A stretch of 64,000 bases of DNA, taken from the NCBI GenBank assembly GCA_951406725.2, contig OX597817.1, positions 70,804,001-70,868,000 of the forward strand, read 5' to 3'. The notes beneath the pieces were generated by a model. That model was not told the DNA's origin. It ran no database searches and was given only the letters and a program-made list of their open reading frames with translations. Position 1 is the first letter of the stretch, and each line of letters starts with the position of its first letter. Both the position numbers and the translations under genes were made by a program. The DNA is from Octopus vulgaris (taxonomy: Eukaryota). This document shows positions 13,522 through 26,253 of this stretch, piece by piece.

Positions 13522-13522
<1 letters not shown>
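13175..13522 (+). mobile_element. PLE 3' UTR / pseudo-LTR
   Basis: Follows the GIY-YIG stop and contains a hammerhead; its 3' part (ttactattttcttatat) recurs inverted at 12364-12380. Confidence 0.7.
13311..13350 (+). ncRNA. Minimal type I hammerhead of the PLE pLTR (variant core)
   Basis: aagaaat-TTGAAAA-gc(tacac)gc-GAAA-ccgg-TA-atttctt: 7-bp stem I, palindromic stem III, two deviations from CUGANGA. Confidence 0.65.
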
Positions 13523-13619
<97 letters not shown>

Positions 13620-13687
13620 GTATCTATCTATCTATATGCATATATATATGCATATATACATATATATTATATATATACATATATATG

Positions 13688-13725
<38 letters not shown>

Positions 13726-13726
13726 T

Positions 13727-13844
<118 letters not shown>

Positions 13845-13845
13845 A

Positions 13846-15310
13846 TCTCTTATTATAAAAGGCAGATTTTATCTGCCTCCCTTTGGGAGTTATAGAAATC
13901 TACAATATAGGATTTCTTCAATTACAATTTACCTAGCATTTTTAAGAGTAGAATGCATCGGGTCATGCCAGGTCCAGTTTTTAAAATTTAAACTCCAATT
14001 AAGCAAAATTTACAGAAAACTCACATTCTGGTGTGTATGTCAAATGCTTTTCTTAGTCTGGTTTACAGCACACGCAAACGCACACACACAGTGTGCAACG
14101 AATAAAATGAAAGTAAATAGCGACAGAGTGATTTGAGGAAGACTAAACTGAAAGTATTTAAACCACTACTCAAAAAATAAAAAAACACAGCAAACAGAAA
14201 CAAATAAATACATAACGATTTACTCCTCACACAATTTCTTCAATTAGAATTTACCTAAGATTTTTCAAAGTACTCCATTCGCTCATGCCATAATATATTT
14301 CTTTCAATTTCACCCCCAATTAAGACAAAATTCGAGAAAACTCAATATTTTAACATTTCACTCCGAAAGCATTGATGTACATGTGTGCATGCGTGAGTGT
14401 GTGTGTGTGTGTGTGTGGTGTGTGTGTGGTGTGTGTGTGTTTGATGGGTTGTGCGACACAGAAAGTGTGGTGTGTAAGTGAAGTGCTTTTGTTAGTGTGT
14501 GTAAAGAGACAGACAGAGTGAAAGACAGAAATAACTGAAGTTTTCACTATGATATCATCACGTGCGAAAAAATTCGAAGGGTTTTGAACAATTGAAATAC
14601 AGATGTCACGCCTGTATTGAAACCATTGCTAAGCTGCCGTAATTGCTTAATTAAGACTTTGTTTAAATTGAAAGGGGCAAATATGTGACGAGGTTGAAAA
14701 AAAATACCCCAGAAAAAAAAATGTACTGCTGGTATTTATATAATTCACTACTATTTTGCTACAATGTCATGAAAAAGAAAAAATTTAGGTATGTAAATCG
14801 AATTCGCCACCCCCTTTTCCCCGTTCGCGTTTGTGTAAAAAAAATTATTATTTAAGTTTTAAAAATTATTTACTTTGTTCAAAAAATATTAATATTAATT
14901 AATTTTCAAGAATTATTTTATTTTATTCTGTAAAATAGTAATTAATTCATTTATCTGTAAATCCGCGAGGTTGTTACTCAGGCACCTACAATGGTAACCT
15001 TCAACTAACACTATCTCCTCCGAGACCCTGCGGCGCAAGTTGACCAAAATTGAGAGTATGGTAGAAGAAGGGTTGCTCTTCCTTCCGTAGAACATAAAAT
15101 TCAAATCGGACCATGTTAACACCAAAAATTATTTACATCAAAAAGATGCTTTTTTCTATGAAAATCCCTATTTTTTACGATTTTTTCACTGCTGTGTCGC
15201 CACTTTTCGGTGTATTTCGACCAGAAAAATGTTCACAAAATTTTTACTTTTCAAAATTACAATTCCAGCGGGTCGAAACAAACCCGAGCAACGACGGGCG
15301 ATACTGCTAG
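13846..15310 (+). mobile_element. Non-autonomous Helitron, about 1.46 kb
   Basis: A|TC start (tctcttattataaaa); 3' hairpin cccgagcaacgacggg then atactgCTAG|T. Confidence 0.8.
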
Positions 15311-15341
<31 letters not shown>

Positions 15342-15544
15342 TAGCATGAAGCATAAGGATGCGCGAAGCATCAACCTGTTTAGAAATAGGGGTTAAAGTC
15401 TCAATTCAACCGCCGATTACAAATATTAACCACAGGTAATATTAACAATAGTAATATCTTATTTCGAATGTAAGAATTCGAAAATTTGTTCATATACATA
15501 CATACATACATACAAACATACATACATACATACATACATACATG

Positions 15545-15631
<87 letters not shown>

Positions 15632-15795
15632 ATATATCATGGAGAAATTACACAAAATGTATAAACAGATGATGAGTAAAGCACGGTACAGTATCGTTTA
15701 CCTTTTGTTATCTTTAGATTTATTGCAGGAACTTCGTAGTGGCGGTTGGCGTAACAGTATTAATAAAATAGATGGACTGAGTAAAATAGTTTATT

Positions 15796-15842
15796 ATGTA
15801 CGACACATGTTTTGACCCGTTCTGGGTCTCTTCGGGATCATC
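15796..15842 (-). ncRNA. Degenerate hammerhead in a PLE-derived fragment
   Basis: Reverse complement: CCGAAGA-gaccc(agaac)gggtc-AAAA-catgt-GTC-gtacat-AATAAA; core mutated at two positions. Confidence 0.45.
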
Positions 15843-16214
15843 AATAAAATGTCCTACTAGAGATTTTCTGATTCGGTTTTACGTACCACTATATGTCCAT
15901 CAACTTCGAGAATGAGTAAAAACAAAAAAAGGAGAAAAATTGATTCGCAAAAAATTCAAAAATGAACGTGAAAATTAAACATTCTAGTTTAGAGAAAATG
16001 ACGTAATGAGCCTTCACTATTGTAACTCTCAAGTGAAAGAAATGGATGTAGAAGTTGAAAGGAAGATAATACTTAGAGGAAAATTTTTTGTGTTCGTGCT
16101 TAGACGCACATGTACATACGCAGGTACATATATATACCGTACGGTAACTGATTAGCGCCATGCGCCGGCTAACAGTAAGCAAATAACGGAGGGAGAGCAC
16201 TATGCATAAACAAC

Positions 16215-16362
16215 TGTGTGACTATAGCATATTTGCTTCGTAACAAGGTTGTTCCGCTTTCGATCCTAACAATGGTATCTTAAGCAAGTTCCTTCTAGTG
16301 TAGCCTCGTGTTGACCATTATACTCAACGAAATCTGATAAGAAACTGCGTGAAAGCCCCTCG
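16215..16362 (+). mobile_element. SINE family A, old degenerate 5' half
   Basis: cttaagcaagttccttctagtgtagcctcg...gaaactgcgtgaaagccc aligns loosely with the family A head. Confidence 0.55.
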
Positions 16363-16391
16363 CCTAAACACACACGCACACACACGCACAC

Positions 16392-16437
<46 letters not shown>

Positions 16438-16585
16438 GCATGTAAATAAGAAGGTACTTACATACAAACATTCATACATACATACGTATATATAAATGTG
16501 TGTGTGTATCTTTATACATATATATATATATGTATACGTATATATATAACACTGCGTGTGTGTGTGTGTGTGTGTGTATCTTTAT

Positions 16586-16640
<55 letters not shown>

Positions 16641-16768
16641 TAAATGTTTGTTGTGCAAGATTTTTTATGTGAAGTCGTGTGTTGAAACAGATATTGTTAT
16701 ATAGTGCGTGTGTTTGGCTAAACTGGCAATATGACCATTCCGAAATATAACAATATATATATATACCT

Positions 16769-16808
<40 letters not shown>

Positions 16809-17258
16809 GTATATATATAACACTGTGTTTGTATATCCCTACGTTAGCTGTTTGATGTTTAGAGAACGGTAAAAATAATTACCAGATTGAAATAACTGTT
16901 TGCATCAATATGACATACTATATACTCGAAGACTGTGCTCCAGCATAGCCGTACTCCGGTGACTGAAACTGATAAAAGAATACATTTTGCATATAATAAT
17001 TTTGAATTCATGCATACAATTATTCAACTGTTAGATGGAAAAATGCTCTATACAAAACACACCTATATACATTTACGCAAACATTTAATCATTTGCATAA
17101 ACACTGAACAACCGTACAAGCATACGCTCATAGTTTAACAAGGAGGGATTTTATGTTATCATAGCTATATTATTCTCTATATTGAAGATGTAGACATAAA
17201 AAATTTCCATGCACATATCGTATATCACATTCATACATATAAATTCATACTTTTGATT

Positions 17259-17313
<55 letters not shown>

Positions 17314-17559
17314 ATATATGAAAGTGTGTCAATAACTGAGGCATGTATACACATTCACACAAATTTATACATACGTACAAGAATGCATGCATTTATGAAT
17401 TAAGTATATGCATGTGTGTGTGTGTGGTGTTATGCATTTATGCACACACACGTATGTATGTGTGTTATATCCAACCATCCACATATACACACGTGCAGAT
17501 ACACATATAAAAAATTTACTTCCTATGCTACGCTGATGCGTACTATCTTGGTTGCATCG

Positions 17560-18040
17560 CAAGCATTCTAATAGGACCCAACTACTTCTAACATCTTCCC
17601 ATTTAAGCGTACTCATAATCTCAGTGGTTTTTACTCATCCGTAGCTTATTCCCTAACTTCCATATTACCATGCCCCCACTCTCACAACTGTCCTTTCTTT
17701 CAAACATCACCATCCTCACCAGATGCAACCGTCATTCCTTCCACATAACTTATTTCCTTTACCAGCACCTGTATTAATCTTATCTGTTGCTTAGAAAGCT
17801 TCCTCTGCAACTCCGTATATATCGGGTATACCGGGAACACATCTGACCCATGTATCTCCTCTTGCATACTATTTGCGTTCTACAGATCCAGCCATTCGTC
17901 ATCTCTCTGTATTCAGTTTTGCTTTGCACAGCTGTTCCTTGTTTTTTCGTCTCCGACGCAAACGAGTACTTATCTTCATTCTCCAAACATTCACTCACCA
18001 CTGACCCTCTTTCTGCTTCTCTCTTTAACGTACTGCTTTA
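17560..18040 (-). pseudogene. Possible highly degenerate RTE-like LINE C-terminus
   Basis: Only weak similarity (TEYREMTNGWIC vs TE.RM.RWMC). Confidence 0.25.
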
Positions 18041-18302
18041 ACGTACACATCACCATTAATAAACATGACGCATGTATATAAATATGCTTACACATTCAAA
18101 CCCACATGTCACAAATTACATATATAGCATAATATGCACGCACGTGCCGTGCACACACACGCATCACACTAATTCTCTATCCACCTAGAACTCAAATTCA
18201 CACTAATTTGAGTTCTAAGTGGATAGGGGCTGTTCCTTGAAATCTAACTTTTCGCTAAAGTTACATTTCGCTAAGAACTCATAATTACTGTTAGTTCACT
18301 GA

Positions 18303-18400
18303 AGGTGTATGGCCTAGCAGTCAGGGCATTGCACTCACGATCGCCAGACAGTGGGTTTGATTCCCAGACCGGGCGGTATGCTGCGTTCTTGAGCAAAACA
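18303..18400 (+). mobile_element. tRNA-derived SINE head (family C/D-like)
   Basis: tggcctagcagtcagggc...ggtttgattcccagaccgggc...ttcttgagcaaaaca. Confidence 0.65.
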
Positions 18401-18402
18401 TA

Positions 18403-19030
18403 ATGTGATGTCCAGGAAATTGGCTATAGCTATTAGTTCAGTGCAAATAGTAATACTTAAACCAAACTCCTGAAATATTCCTATCTTGTTTTCTTTTAAT
18501 TGAAATGTAGTGTGGTTTGTCACATTGCCAGAAACTTCCATGCCATCATCTCTGTACAGATCTGTGACGTAGAGTGGTTCACATCCTGAGGATAATCGAA
18601 GATAAACATTCTTATTAAGTCAGCCTACTACATCTCGTCATTGCTTCTCATAGATACATCAACTGGTCACCTACATTTTTGACCCAAACGAAATGGTCAG
18701 AATATAACAACGACTTCCTGCGTTCATTACTATTCTAAGTGATTATAGCAAATTTCTTTCCAAATGTCCTGGGTTTTCAGAAAGAGAGATTTCGATACGG
18801 ATGGATGAAATTCCTCGATATCAAATTGAGTGAATTTGCCGGCATCTTTGTTTTCTGTGTTCTGGAACTCCCTGATTACAGAGTGCGTTGTAGTTTCATT
18901 GATCTACACTCATAATACTTGCCTTTTTAAGATTAATGGTATCGAGAATATGATTACTAACTATGCTTAATTCACTTTCAGAGGAGCTTAGGAGTTTATT
19001 AGCCTACATTTGGGATTGGAAAAGAAAATG
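18403..19030 (-). pseudogene. Degenerate Penelope-like reverse transcriptase core
   Basis: Minus-strand peptides KFTQFDIEEFHPSVS, DVSMRSND (vs DV.MGS.DG), LYRDDG and GIFQEFGLSITI...ANFLDITL in the correct order, with stops and frameshifts. Confidence 0.82.
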
Positions 19031-19081
19031 GCATTGGCAAGGTGATCTACGTTATCTTATGTATGTATGTATGTATGCATG

Positions 19082-19112
<31 letters not shown>

Positions 19113-19705
19113 TTACGCAAGTAAGTATATATACATATATATATGTAGAGAGAGACACACACACATAATATAATTTACATGTATGTATGTATGTATGTAT
19201 ATATATGTATTTACGCAAGTATGTATATATATAGACACACATAATATAATTTACATGTATGTATGTATGTATGTATGTATGTATGTATGTATGTATGTAT
19301 GTATGTATGTATGCATGTATGCATGTATGCATGTGTTTGAGTGCGTGATTGTGTGTGCGTCTAAGTGCATGTCTGTGTATCAGTGTGTGAATATATTCTC
19401 ATTTGTGTTATATATTGCGTATTTGAACATACATTGCCGTGCATGTATATATACGAACCTTCATGTGAGTTCATAAGTATGCATTTTTGTGCATGTGTAT
19501 GCATGCGTCTTTACACGTATGTACAATTCTGAATTCATACGTACCCGTCTATTAGCGTATGCATTTCTGTGTGAATAAAACATTGACAATCGGAAGATAT
19601 TTTTATTATTACCCACACACCTAGGGCATTGAATTTGCAGAATCATTTGAATTTGTAGAATTGAGCAAAATTAATTGTAGCATTTTTTCTATCTCTATCT
19701 CTTTA

Positions 19706-20040
19706 TGTTCTGAGTTCAAATCCCACCAGGGTCAATTTTGTCCTTCATCTTTCCAGGGCCGATAAAATAAAGTACCAGTTATGAACTGGAGTCAACTGAA
19801 TCGCCTAACTCGCCCCCACCACCGAAATTTCTGACATTAATCATAATTTAAGATCAATGATTACACGTAAAGTCACATTAGTGGTGCAGATACAGCTGCG
19901 TAATTTAGAAGCTCGCTTTGCTACCACTTGGCTTTGAATTCGGTTCCAATGCGCGGCAACTTGTGCAAATATCTTCTATGATAGTCCCGAGTCAAAAACC
20001 AGTGTCTTGTGAGTGAATTTGGTAGAGGAAATTGAGAAAG
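19706..20040 (+). mobile_element. Degenerate SINE B fragment followed by degenerate SINE A head
   Basis: gttctgagttcaaatccc...gataaaataaagtaccagt; then cttgtgcaaatatcttcta...ttgtgagtgaatttggtaga. Confidence 0.6.
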
Positions 20041-21378
20041 CTAAAAGCTAAAAGATAGAGTCACATTTGTTGCACGTGTAGATTCCAAAGGTCAATATGG
20101 ACCGCCGTGCCTGACTGGTACTTATTGTATTAATGCTTGAGGGATACAAAGGATGCAAAGTAAGTGTGCCCGCCAGAGGCCTCGAATATTTTTATTAATT
20201 CATTTATAGGGGCGGCAAATTGACAGAGAAAATGTTTTGCAATATCTAATTACATCTCTTTGAATTTTGGATTCATGTGAAATAAACATCAGATATGTTC
20301 TGCTCTATGAAGATACTGCAGACGCTCCTTAAAGATGTTACAGACTCTTTTCATGAGTGTGTCAAAGACATCACAATGTTAGAAACCCTTCAGTATCTTC
20401 GCAAGTATCTCAGGGTCAAAACCGTCTCACCTCTTCGCATGTAAGCTTCGCTTGAGTTGAGCACCAAGGCCTAAAATATACTTAGCCCATAGAAGGATCC
20501 CATCTACGGTCTCTGGTCAACAACAATCGACTGTTTCATTCATGGCTATCCCCTTGGTGGTTTACTTCAGTGTAAAACAATCAGTAAAATGAATATCTGG
20601 TAATTACTTCCTTCAAATAAATTGAACACATTCATCCCTTAAATTTGTATCCTTGGGCCTTAAGCCTTGGGTAAACTGTCGCTCACAGAACATTCTTAAA
20701 AGCATGCCCAGCGAACAATTATCTAGCTTTTTTTTTCGTACAATATCCAACTTGATGCTGAGATATGCCTCAAGAGTCCCGTTTCTCGAAAAAGAAAATT
20801 GCTCATGCCTACTTTAGGTCAAAGTTAGGAATCGATATTAATTCAGGTGGACAGAAAATACATAGAAAATAAATATAGGCATATAACTAAGTTTATTTTT
20901 CTTTGGTCGGAGCGGTTTAAAAACTGGTGTTGCTTTTGTTGTATCCGTTTATGGCCTGGAAGTTTGTGAAATAGAAATAACAAATTATGTACAAAATAGG
21001 CAAAATTATTGGAATCGATATAATCGACCAAACACTTCATCGATAGCTATGCTGGGAGTTGAGATTCATCACCCCTCCAAGTGTCAAGTAACTGAAAATA
21101 CTAAAGTATATATATATATATTAGTACCCACGCACATACACACACATACACATATATATGTGTGTGCGTGTGAGTGTATGCGTGCATGCGTGCATGCATG
21201 CATATATGCACATACATATATATGTATCTGTAAGTGCAATAAAAACAAGACTAAAACCAAATCACTTTATTCACCCAATTTGTATGAAAATGGAAATTTA
21301 CTTTATTGCAAAATTTTGGGATTTGAAATATGGAAAATTTATAATTTCAGCTCAGAAAGGAAAATAACAGAGTAAAAG

Positions 21379-21493
<115 letters not shown>

Positions 21494-21912
21494 ACAGACA
21501 CTCACACACACATATGTATATATATGCTTATGTGTGTGTGTATGTATGTATGCATGCATGTATGTATGTACCTATCTAATGTATACACGCACATACACTC
21601 ACACACACGCGCACACACACACGCTCTCACTCTCTTTCTCTCTCTCTCTCTCTCACACACAGACAAATTGGAATCTAATCACCGATTAAGCCTCAGAAGA
21701 CATTACCGCAATCCAAGGGCCGACGCCATTAAAAGATTAAAAAATACACAAATACACACATACTCTCAAATATAAACATATATCGATATATGTGTGTGCG
21801 CGTTTATATATATATATACACATATATATTATATATATATATATTTATACACACACACACACACACATACACATATATATATATGTATATATATATACAC
21901 ACACACACACAC

Positions 21913-21956
<44 letters not shown>

Positions 21957-22647
21957 ACACAGAGCTACAGACGCTCACACAAACATACACGGAATTAGAT
22001 ATAAAATATTTTCTATATATAGGTTTCATCAGATTTCATCTTTAAAAAATAATCATCAACAAAGAAATAGTAAACGTATTTTAGACAAAAAAAATTATTC
22101 GTTTTATGAAACATCTAAATTTCTAAAGTTCAAGAAAAATATTCATATTCGCAGGATATTTTTAATTTCATGAATAAAGAACAAGTTGAAGTCAATGTAT
22201 ATAGCGTTCTTATTATGACAAAAAAACAAAAAGAACTTTCGCAAGAGAAGCAATGTGTCGTATTATCCCAGAATAGCGTCATAAATAAATGACTTACGAC
22301 TGAAATGTATGAATAAATTTAGAAGACTTTATACATAAGGGAAGTCTATCAAATCAGAATATATTTATGAATATTTATGTTCTATAAAATTGTTATAAAA
22401 CTTATATATACATAATGGTAGTCACTCGTAGTTTGAGAAAGATGGTTTTGCAATTTCTTACTGAACGACTCGCACAAATGATTGCTTTATGGTGATCAAA
22501 TATTTGTGGTGTTGTGTTGTACTTTAAGCTCACACGCTCCATCGAAACGACGTTGCCTGAACAGGGGCACGGTGTACCAAATGTCAGGTGTCGAAGTGAT
22601 AGTAGAGCAACGTGAGAGGAAGAGTTTTTCTTAAGAATACAACGCAT

Positions 22648-22796
22648 TGTGTGGTAAGTAGCTTGCTAACCAACCACATGGTTTCGGGTTCAGTCTCACT
22701 GCGTGGCATCTTGGGCAAATGTCTTCTGCTATAGCCCCGGGCCGACCAATGCCTTGTGAGTGGATTTGGTAGACGGAAACTGAAAGTAGCCTGTCG

Positions 22797-22837
<41 letters not shown>

Positions 22838-23052
22838 TTGTGTGTCTGTGTTTGTCCCCCTAGCATTGCTTGACAACCGATGCTGGTGTGTTTACGTCCC
22901 CGTCACTTAGCGATTCGGCAAAAGAGACCGATAGAATAAGTACTGGGCTTACAAAGAATAAGTCTCGGGGTCGATTTGCTCAACTAAAGGCGGTGCTCCA
23001 GCATGGCCACAGTCAAATGACTGGAACAAGTAAAAGAAAGAAGTAAAAGAAG
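22648..23052 (+). mobile_element. SINE family A, near full length
   Basis: tRNA-like head, CORE-like gcatcttgggcaa.tgtcttct, internal (TA)n(TG)n, tail ggcggtgctccagcatggccacagtcaaatgactggaac(aagtaaaag)n. Confidence 0.9.
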
Positions 23053-23070
23053 TAATTACCCGCTCCAAGG

Positions 23071-23115
<45 letters not shown>

Positions 23116-23119
<4 letters not shown>

Positions 23120-23304
23120 AATCCAAACTTGAAAACACAAAGAGAAAACACAACAACGCGGGGGCGTGGAACAAGTATAGTGTTGTTGGACGCTCAGGAA
23201 AGGAAAGAAAGAAGGAGGATTTAACGTTTCGAGCGGAGCTCTTCGTCAGAAATATAGGAAAAGGAAAGATCCAAGGAAGGGAAGACGGAGGAAAAAAATC
23301 GCCC
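23116..23304 (-). mobile_element. About 200-bp hammerhead-bearing element (family H1, putative solo PLE pLTR)
   Basis: Homologous to 40531-40737 and 54768-54955; ends in (TA)n. Confidence 0.75.
23219..23253 (-). ncRNA. Minimal type I hammerhead, intact core
   Basis: Reverse complement: attt-CTGACGA-a-gagc(tcc)gctc-GAAA-cg-TT-aaat. Confidence 0.75.
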
Positions 23305-23558
23305 GGATAAAATTAATTAATGATTATCAATTATTAATTATTAATAATTTTACCAAGTAGTTTCGGCATGTTAAAAGAACCATTATCGTTAAACTTAACA
23401 ATTTTCTATAATTATGAGTGTATGTTATCTGGGAGATTCTCTTATGGTAGAGAAATAGCTAAGTGTTTGGCTGCTATTTCTAAATTTTCGGTATGTGATG
23501 AAGCAAATTTTTTTGCTGAACCCTAATTATAATTATACTCATAATTAGAAAAAATTGT

Positions 23559-23603
<45 letters not shown>

Positions 23604-23842
23604 ACACATACATACATATATATGTACTAGCTTAAAAGCTACCCTATCTCTTTCACTAGCTCCAGTGTAGGGATCTTCATTGGGCCTTGAGCCCAACAAT
23701 GACACTTCATGCATTGAGTACATATTAAATTTGATTAAACTTGAAAAATATTTTCAAGCAATAAACAATTTTCATTAAAATAATGACATAATTTGTCGAC
23801 TTGGAACTTATTGCAAAGCTGCATGATAAACAACAGTAACAT

Positions 23843-24135
23843 CAGTTTTATATTTAAGAGATGAGGAATTATGTACATTATTTACATTCGACGGATATTT
23901 GTCCACATCTTGTTTGTTGTTAACACAACGTTTCGGCTGATATACACCCCAGCCTTCTTCAGGTGTCTTGGGGAAATTTCGAACCTTGGTTCTCATTCCT
24001 AAGGTATTCTTCGATGTTATTATTATTATTATAATTTTTCTTCTTCTTATTATTATTATTAAGGTCACTGCTTTGAATCGAACTCGGAATCTTGGGGTTA
24101 GTAGCCCGCGCTCTTAACCACTACACCATATGCCC
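23843..24135 (-). mobile_element. tRNA-headed short element carrying a hammerhead ribozyme
   Basis: Reverse complement: A box TGGTGTAGTGG (24118-24128), anticodon-like loop ggg-CTACTAA-ccc, B box GAGTTCGATTC (24075-24085), (TAA)n spacer, hammerhead, AT-rich tail. Confidence 0.7.
23922..23967 (-). ncRNA. Type I hammerhead, intact core
   Basis: Reverse complement: gacac-CTGAAGA-a-ggctg(gggtgtatat)cagcc-GAAA-cg-TT-gtgtt. Confidence 0.8.
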
Positions 24136-24398
24136 ACGTAAGGTGTTGTTATGTGTTTGGTGCGATATAAAAGGTTTAGTCCACTTTGAATTTTTAAACC
24201 CAAACCAAACGATAACAAAGGAGATCTACTGCGAGCAGCTTGAGCGGCTTAAAGTCATCGCTAGGACCATCTTTGGTCTCAAGACAAGAGGTGTTCTTCC
24301 ATTAGAGCAATGCTCGGCTACATACAGCGAGGATGACATTCCAAAGGCTGAAGCATTTTGCATGGGAAACGATGCCCCACTCACCATATTCGCCGGAC
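24136..24398 (+). pseudogene. mariner (DD34D) transposase fragment
   Basis: RKVLLCVWCDIKGLVHFEFL..NQTITKEIYCEQLERL, then NARLHTA..T...L..FAWETMPHSPYSPD. Confidence 0.88.
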
Positions 24399-24494
24399 AC
24401 ACACACACACGCACGCACGCATGCACTGTGCCTGCACGCCTGCACGCACGCAAGCATGCACGCACGCATGCATGCACGCACGCACGTACGTACG

Positions 24495-24529
<35 letters not shown>

Positions 24530-24608
24530 ACACACACACACACACACGACGGGCTCCTTTCAGTTTCCGTCTACCAAATCCACTCACATGGCTTTGGTTG
24601 GCCCGATG

Positions 24609-24665
<57 letters not shown>

Positions 24666-24666
24666 A

Positions 24667-24723
<57 letters not shown>

Positions 24724-25386
24724 GCTAGCTAGCTAGCTAGCTATGCATGCATATAAGCACACGAAGTCAAAATATGTAAGCGCACATGTGTATATAGATA
24801 TTTGTCTGTGAATACGTGTTTGTGTGTATATTTGTTCGAGTGTAAATGTGTATATTTGTTTATTTGTGTGCCTGTGTTTTTTCTATAGTATGTGTGTGTG
24901 TGTGTTTGTTTATATTTGTCAAATGCTTCACAGCATCAGCTAAAAATATTAAGCTTAATGCATATTGCCCATACACGCTGTTTAATGGAATAACAATTAA
25001 TTAATTAATTTCTTAATTAATTCAATTAATTCAATTAGAGGACATCAAAGCATTAATTATGCAAACCGCATCAACTGTTTTACAGAAGACAATTAATTCT
25101 GTGGCTAAAAATAGCTATAAGCTATCCGAATTTTAAATATCTATAAGCTTACCGAATGTTAATGAGGTGGTTATGTGACCGATGAAGACGCATCGAGTTA
25201 GAATCGAAACCCCGTCAGTTCTGTCCTCGTATTTTGGCATTTGCAGGAAAATATACACTGTTATGCTTACGTGTATTAAAAGCCTCTCAGTGTCGCTAAA
25301 ATATAAAATTTATCCTAATTCAAATTTTCATATTTCTACACGTACACGAAAATGTTATATATATACATATATACATATATACATAC

Positions 25387-25497
<111 letters not shown>

Positions 25498-25559
25498 CAC
25501 ATACACACACACCTCTTTTATATCTACCCCTTTTGATGTTTGGGAATTCTCTGATATTT

Positions 25560-25647
25560 TTTCGGCTGACGAGTACGAGCCATCTGTATTCACTGCATTT
25601 TTTGTAGCTTATTAAAGATGTCCTCGTACGAAACGATCGTACCGAGA
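25560..25647 (+). ncRNA. Type I hammerhead with long stem II, all core bases intact
   Basis: tttcgg-CTGACGA-gtacgag..(catct...agatg)..ctcgtac-GAAA-cgatcg-TA-ccgaga; predicted cut after GUA (A25641). Confidence 0.85.
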
Positions 25648-25714
25648 TTTTAATCCATTCTTGTTGCTTTTTTCCTATATATATATATATATATATGTAT
25701 ATATAGCCTTTTCT

Positions 25715-26058
25715 TTTATTTGTTTTAGTAATTTGACTTCGGCCATACTGGAGCAACGACTTTAGTCAAAAAATCGAACCCTGAACTTATTCTTTGTAAT
25801 CCTAGTACTTATTCTATCAGTTTCTTATGCCGAACCTAAGTTATGGGGACATAAACACATCAGCATCATGCGATGGTAGTGTGACGAACACACACACACA
25901 CACATACGACGGGCTTCTTTCAGTTTCCGTCCACCAAATCCACTCACAGGGCTTTGGTCGGCCCAAGGCCATAGTAGAAGGCACTTGCCCAAGATGCCAC
26001 ACAATGGGACTGACCCGGAACCATGTGATTGGTAAGCAAGCTACTCATCACACTGCTA
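25715..26058 (-). mobile_element. SINE family A
   Basis: gacgggcttctttcagtttccgtc.accaaatccactcac, plus reverse-complemented tail ggccatactggagca. Confidence 0.85.
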
Positions 26059-26125
<67 letters not shown>

Positions 26126-26253
26126 GGGGAGAGAGGGAGAGACGGTAAAATACATCTATCCCTTAGAGGGTTACATTACCTCTAACTTATATCTTATATA
26201 TATATAAGAAATTAAAGTGACAAAGGAAACGAAATTATATCATGGACTTCATT

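Noticed and set aside
24061-24135. Possible functional tRNA gene
   Set aside because: Acceptor and T stems do not pair and there is no terminator; treated as a SINE-type head.
25170-25220. CCGATGA...GAAAccccGTC motif
   Set aside because: Core is mutated and stems I and II do not pair convincingly; at most a decayed relic.
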